The position numbers were made by a program, and so were the translations under genes. From IMG/VR virus record IMGVR_UViG_3300042888_001691: a stretch of DNA of 64,000 nt. The stretch is one strand, 5' to 3'. Of the stretch, positions 57,350-64,000 are shown piece by piece; positions within the stretch are counted from its first letter, which is position 1; every line of letters begins with the position of its first letter. The notes under the pieces are model-generated. The model saw only the letters and a list, made by a program, of their open reading frames with translations. It had not been told where the DNA came from and searched no databases. Origin of the DNA: an uncultured virus (IMG/VR IMGVR_UViG_3300042888_001691) (lineage: Duplodnaviria > Heunggongvirae > Uroviricota > Caudoviricetes).

Positions 57350-58413
57350 GCTTCGGTTTCCTCTTCAACAGGCTGTTCAACTGTTGCTTTATGCGGGTAG
57401 GCAGTAAAATCAGCCATGGCCTTATCTAGGCTGCCGTCATCGTTGCGTTCCCAAGCTTTGCGGAATTGCTTAATAACAGTACCGTCTGCTAGTGTGTATT
57501 TAAGACTGTTGCCTTCTTTGGCCAACAACCCTTTTCCTTCAAATAAATCAACCAGTCCCGAATACGGATTCATACCTGTTTCGTACGGGATCTTGATTTG
57601 TACACTCTCAAACGGCTTGTTGTAACGTGTTTTCATGATCTTGCATGCAGCTCTGATGCCTTTTACTTCTGATATTTTGTTACCATCTTCATCTTCTTTG
57701 AGTTTGAGTTTGCGCATGGCAACCACAATACTACTTGCATAGATAAAGCCTTGACCACCGCTAATTTTATCATCTGGATCAAACATGTCTTGACTGGCAT
57801 AGGTATGATTGGTACATACCAGACCAATGTTTAAACTACCAAACATGTTTACGCAGTTACGAACAAGACTTGTAAGTGCTTTAGGCTTACGACCCATGTC
57901 ACCTTTCATTTCACCTGCTTCAAATTGGTTAACGTCTGTGGGGGTCAGCAACATGCCCAACGAATCAACTACAAACAACACTTTGGGGCGAGCTTCTTCT
58001 GGTAGGGCGCGATATTCTTTAACAAAGTCCGAAATCACTTTGGCCACATCGTCAATCATGGCCATGTTTAGTTTTAACAGTTTGTCTTCACCAGTTTCAA
58101 CTCCAAGTGCATGCAGCCACTTTTCATCCAGTGCATTTTCACTATCAATCAGGATAGGATATATTCCTTGTTGCTGTGCATTTTTAATTAGGTTACCTGA
58201 ACAGATAAAACTTTTGCCTGCTCCTGATTCCCCAGCAAACACAGTAACTTTGCCCATTGGGATTCCTCGAGTAAAGTCTCCCGAAATGAGATAGTTTAGG
58301 GCATAGTTGTTGGTACTGATCCAGTCTGTGGGATCGTTGAACCCAACACTAAGGCCGTCAATACTTTTGGTAATGGTCTTACGAAATTTTGATACGTCAA
58401 ATGGTTTTGCCAT
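57346..58413 (-). CDS. uvsX: RecA-like recombinase UvsX
   Basis: AGESGAGKS, DSENA, VVDSLG, TNHTY, SGGQGFIYASS, KTRY. Confidence 0.93.
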   Translation of the reverse strand: MAKPFDVSKFRKTITKSIDGLSVGFNDPTDWISTNNYALNYLISGDFTRGIPMGKVTVFAGESGAGKSFICSGNLIKNAQQQGIYPILIDSENALDEKWLHALGVETGEDKLLKLNMAMIDDVAKVISDFVKEYRALPEEARPKVLFVVDSLGMLLTPTDVNQFEAGEMKGDMGRKPKALTSLVRNCVNMFGSLNIGLVCTNHTYASQDMFDPDDKISGGQGFIYASSIVVAMRKLKLKEDEDGNKISEVKGIRAACKIMKTRYNKPFESVQIKIPYETGMNPYSGLVDLFEGKGLLAKEGNSLKYTLADGTVIKQFRKAWERNDDGSLDKAMADFTAYPHKATVEQPVEEETEA

Positions 58414-58494
58414 GATTATTCTCCTTGTTATAATTTAAGATATGTTAGATAACCCGGGCGTACACAAAACGTGCAGAGGCCCGTGCCGTATTTT

Positions 58495-59490
58495 TTACTT
58501 GCTACGGTTTCTAATCATTGCGAGAATGTCTTCGGCCTTCTGACTTGATGGTTTGGCTGTTACTGCTGCTGTTGCCACTGGTGCATCATCATCTTCGTCT
58601 ATGTCAAAGGGTGCCGAGGTTGGCGCAGGTGCAGGTGCTGCTGCCGGTGTTGCCTTGGCAGTTGATGTACCTCCGGTGTTTTCATCCCCACCTTTGCTTT
58701 GAAAACCGCTGGGCTTGTAGTACTGACTCCAACGATCTGGATCATACGCCTGTCCGTCAACGCTGGCTTCAAACATTTCTTTGAGCACTCTCAGTTCAAC
58801 ATCGCCTGGTTTCTTGGGCAAAAAATCAGCCAAGTTGTGAAGACCGTGTGTGTCAATTGCTGCTTGTTCTTGTGCAGTAATTGCAGTTTCTTTACGGCTC
58901 CATTTGCTAGTGCTGTAATCCGCATAGCCACCTTTTTGAGTCTTGGTAACAGTGAAGTCTAGTCCAGCAGTGTAATCTGTTGGCATGCTTTCAAGTTCAG
59001 GATCCATTAATGCTGCTTTGATCAAGTTGAAGATCTGTGGGCTAATAACAAAACGACGGATTGGATTCTCTGGAGTTTTGTCATCGCTCAGTGGATTCTC
59101 TTTTACAAAACCCTGGAACAAGTAGCTCTTTTTCTTCCAGTACTTACGACCCATTTCCTCAAGGCCAGGATCTTTGAACCAGGTACGTACTTCTGCCAAG
59201 ATTGGGCAAGCTTCGCCGTACATCTCCACGCATGGCACTTGTACAATAACTGGCTTGCTGTCCGATTGTCCTTTAACGCCCGCAAATGGAAGTTTGATCA
59301 TCAATCGTTCAACCCAGAAGAAGTCGTTCTTTGCATTTGCATCGGGTAAGAATCGGATTTTTGCACTGGTGCCTTCTGGAATGTTCCAGTGTGCATAGAT
59401 GGCGTTGTCTCCGCCTTGTGATGAACCGCCTTGTGAACGATTCTCTTGCGCTTGTAGTTTTGCGCGAATTTCTGCTAATGAAGTTGCCAT
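58495..59490 (-). CDS. Single-stranded DNA-binding protein (T4 gp32-like)
   Basis: IRFLPD, FFWVE, C...CP, DF...K...GGYADYSTSKW, and an acidic/Ala-Pro tail. Confidence 0.9.
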   Translation of the reverse strand: MATSLAEIRAKLQAQENRSQGGSSQGGDNAIYAHWNIPEGTSAKIRFLPDANAKNDFFWVERLMIKLPFAGVKGQSDSKPVIVQVPCVEMYGEACPILAEVRTWFKDPGLEEMGRKYWKKKSYLFQGFVKENPLSDDKTPENPIRRFVISPQIFNLIKAALMDPELESMPTDYTAGLDFTVTKTQKGGYADYSTSKWSRKETAITAQEQAAIDTHGLHNLADFLPKKPGDVELRVLKEMFEASVDGQAYDPDRWSQYYKPSGFQSKGGDENTGGTSTAKATPAAAPAPAPTSAPFDIDEDDDAPVATAAVTAKPSSQKAEDILAMIRNRSK

Positions 59491-59552
59491 GATAGTTTCC
59501 TTTATATGTTAAGATGGTCTTTGTGTGCCTAGATACATAACTGCACCGTGCA

Positions 59553-59582
59553 ATTATATAACAATACTATTTATGTTGTCAA
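59553..59582 (-). promoter_or_regulatory. Promoter upstream of ssb
   Basis: TTGACA-N18-TATAAT with an embedded TAAATA at 59568-59573. Confidence 0.7.
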
Positions 59583-59592
59583 ACAAAATTAA

Positions 59593-61041
59593 TTATTTTT
59601 TAGCCATACCTGATAGCCATTTTAGGGTAGCCAGCGCTTCGTTAACCACTGGTTCGTCCATGGTGGATGCGCCGTACGCTTGCGGTGCTGGTTCTGGCTG
59701 CGGTGGTGTAGGTTCAGTTGGTTGCATTTGAGCCTGCATCATTTGTACAATTTGGTTGGCTAGGGCCGTTTCACCATTGGTTGCCAACCATCCAGCAATG
59801 GTTCTACGTGCGTCTGCATCCGGACCTTGATTTTGGGCTAACTTTTGCAGTGCTTGAGACAAATCTTCGCTTTGCAAGAAGCTGATATCTTTGAGTGCAG
59901 CAATGGCGTCTGTTCCGTCAAATCCAACAGCAATTGGCAATTTTGTCAAGGCAATCAAATCATCTTCGTTGGTATCGTCAGCATCTTGGTCCCATGTTTC
60001 TTCCGTGATATCATTGGCCCATGATTCAAATTCGTTACTGCCTGCTGTGTTCATTTTTTGACGATGTTTGTAAGCTCGGTACACATACGGCAATGCTTCG
60101 GTAAATCTATCATCGTATATCTTTTTAACAAAACGTTCGCGCAATGCGTCTTGATCAACATCTTCGTCAGGTTCCTGTTGGATTCCCATCATGCTCATCA
60201 ACATCTCATGCCCGTTACGTCCTTGAAAACGCTTGAGATGATCCTTGACTTCAGTGTATCGATGCATGGCTGCTTCTACCATGCCAGTTGTTTCAATGTC
60301 TTCAAATGTACGATTACGCATGCTGCGCACAAAGTGTCGCATGCTGGCCATTTCCTTGACCATTTCATTGATCATGTCGCTGCCTTCATCGCCAAAGCGA
60401 CCGCCATGACGTAAATGATTGGCAATGGCACGGGCGCCATGCAGGTTGGTGTGATCCAACAAGAAACGCTCGCCAACTGGAGTTTCAACAAACACATGCT
60501 CAATTTGTCTAGTACGGGCACCGCGACGTTCTGGGTCAATTTGATCTTTGTGTTTAATGATCAACTTGTGTGTGCCTACATCTCCAAAACTGACTCTACG
60601 ATTGTTACCAAGTCCATACAGTTTACTTTCAGCAATTGCTAGCTCATCTTTGTCGTAGGTACTGTCTGCTTGGCTTTGTTGTTTTAGATCTTTGAGGTCC
60701 AGGTTACTGCGATTGATATCTCTTGTGTCAAATGTCAGCATGTTTCTTCTTGCAAAATGTTTCATTGCACGTAAAAATGCAAACCATTCTTTTTGTTCAT
60801 CTTCGGCCAGGCCTTGGCTGATATTTGAGCTGAAGTAAATTTTTAATGCATTTTCGTCAATCAGACTGATAGTAACGTTACCAAAATTTTTCCCGTTTGA
60901 GTCCACGTAATCAAAGTTAAAAAATCTAGCCTGCTCTGGATCAGTTACTGAGTTGGCTTTTTCGTCACCAATGTTGACTGAATCAAATCTAGCTCTGATT
61001 TTGTTAAACAATCCATCTGCAATTTTATTTAATTCTCTCAT
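59593..61041 (-). CDS. Hypothetical late protein, possibly head-associated
   Basis: 482 aa; TAAATA 7 nt before ATG; C-terminal NEAL..LKWLSG. Confidence 0.7.
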   Translation of the reverse strand: MRELNKIADGLFNKIRARFDSVNIGDEKANSVTDPEQARFFNFDYVDSNGKNFGNVTISLIDENALKIYFSSNISQGLAEDEQKEWFAFLRAMKHFARRNMLTFDTRDINRSNLDLKDLKQQSQADSTYDKDELAIAESKLYGLGNNRRVSFGDVGTHKLIIKHKDQIDPERRGARTRQIEHVFVETPVGERFLLDHTNLHGARAIANHLRHGGRFGDEGSDMINEMVKEMASMRHFVRSMRNRTFEDIETTGMVEAAMHRYTEVKDHLKRFQGRNGHEMLMSMMGIQQEPDEDVDQDALRERFVKKIYDDRFTEALPYVYRAYKHRQKMNTAGSNEFESWANDITEETWDQDADDTNEDDLIALTKLPIAVGFDGTDAIAALKDISFLQSEDLSQALQKLAQNQGPDADARRTIAGWLATNGETALANQIVQMMQAQMQPTEPTPPQPEPAPQAYGASTMDEPVVNEALATLKWLSGMAKK

Positions 61042-61047
61042 AGTGTA

Positions 61048-63619
<2,572 letters not shown>

Positions 63620-63630
63620 ATTAATTACTT

Positions 63631-64000
63631 ATGTCGCATACACTACTTTTGAATAAAGATTATACACCAATTTCAGTGCTGCCATTGAGCGTTATTGATT
63701 GGCGCCATGCTATCAAACTCATGTATCTAGGTCGCATACAAGTGATTGAAACTTACCCAGATTGGATTATACACAGTGAAAAACTTGCTATAAATGTGCC
63801 CAGTGTGGCTGTTACCCAAGAATACTTTAATTTCAAACGTCGGGTAAACTTCACACGCTACAACATGTACCTGCGTGATTTATACCAATGTCAATACTGC
63901 GAAGATACTTTTGATTTTGATAGTTTGACCATTGATCATGTTGTTCCCATGAGCCAGGGCGGTAAGACTGAGTGGACCAACTGTGTGACTAGCTGCAAAG
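63631..64000 (+). CDS. HNH endonuclease (McrA-like), partial
   Basis: Not in the ORF track. MSHTLLLNKDYTP...RD.YQCQYC...LTIDHVVPMSQGG..EWTNCVTSC; runs off the window. Confidence 0.9.
   Translation, partial: MSHTLLLNKDYTPISVLPLSVIDWRHAIKLMYLGRIQVIETYPDWIIHSEKLAINVPSVAVTQEYFNFKRRVNFTRYNMYLRDLYQCQYCEDTFDFDSLTIDHVVPMSQGGKTEWTNCVTSCK

Overview
This window is a 64-kb segment of a large T4-like tailed phage genome, almost entirely on the minus strand and read with the standard genetic code. The host is probably a proteobacterium, inferred from IscU/IscA/FdxA-type genes and sigma70-type early promoters. Core genes seen: partial nrdA, gp41-type helicase, gp61-type primase, UvsW, UvsX, UvsY, gp32 SSB, clamp-loader small subunit, an exonuclease, terminase large subunit, tail fibre/spike and LamG adhesins. 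Main points of interest: (1) TerL is split into two ORFs carrying an atypically split intein (37-aa IntN, 112-aa IntC) that ends in His-Gln. (2) A ~17-kb divergent glycan island encodes ADP-heptose enzymes, GT9/GT17/GT34-like transferases, a sugar C-methyltransferase, RfbH plus a YerE-like ThDP enzyme (predicting a branched-chain dideoxysugar), and AhcY. (3) A 195-aa 'mini-DnaE' keeps all three catalytic aspartate motifs. (4) A PolX-like nucleotidyltransferase and an RNA-ligase-like protein form a coupled pair with possible capsid-targeting N-termini. (5) A PLP enzyme sits next to an amidinotransferase. (6) Three radical SAM enzymes occur with Fe-S assembly genes. (7) Many genes show leaderless-type promoter-to-ATG spacing. 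No tRNA, rRNA or CRISPR array was recognised. All family assignments come from motif reading by eye, not database searches.
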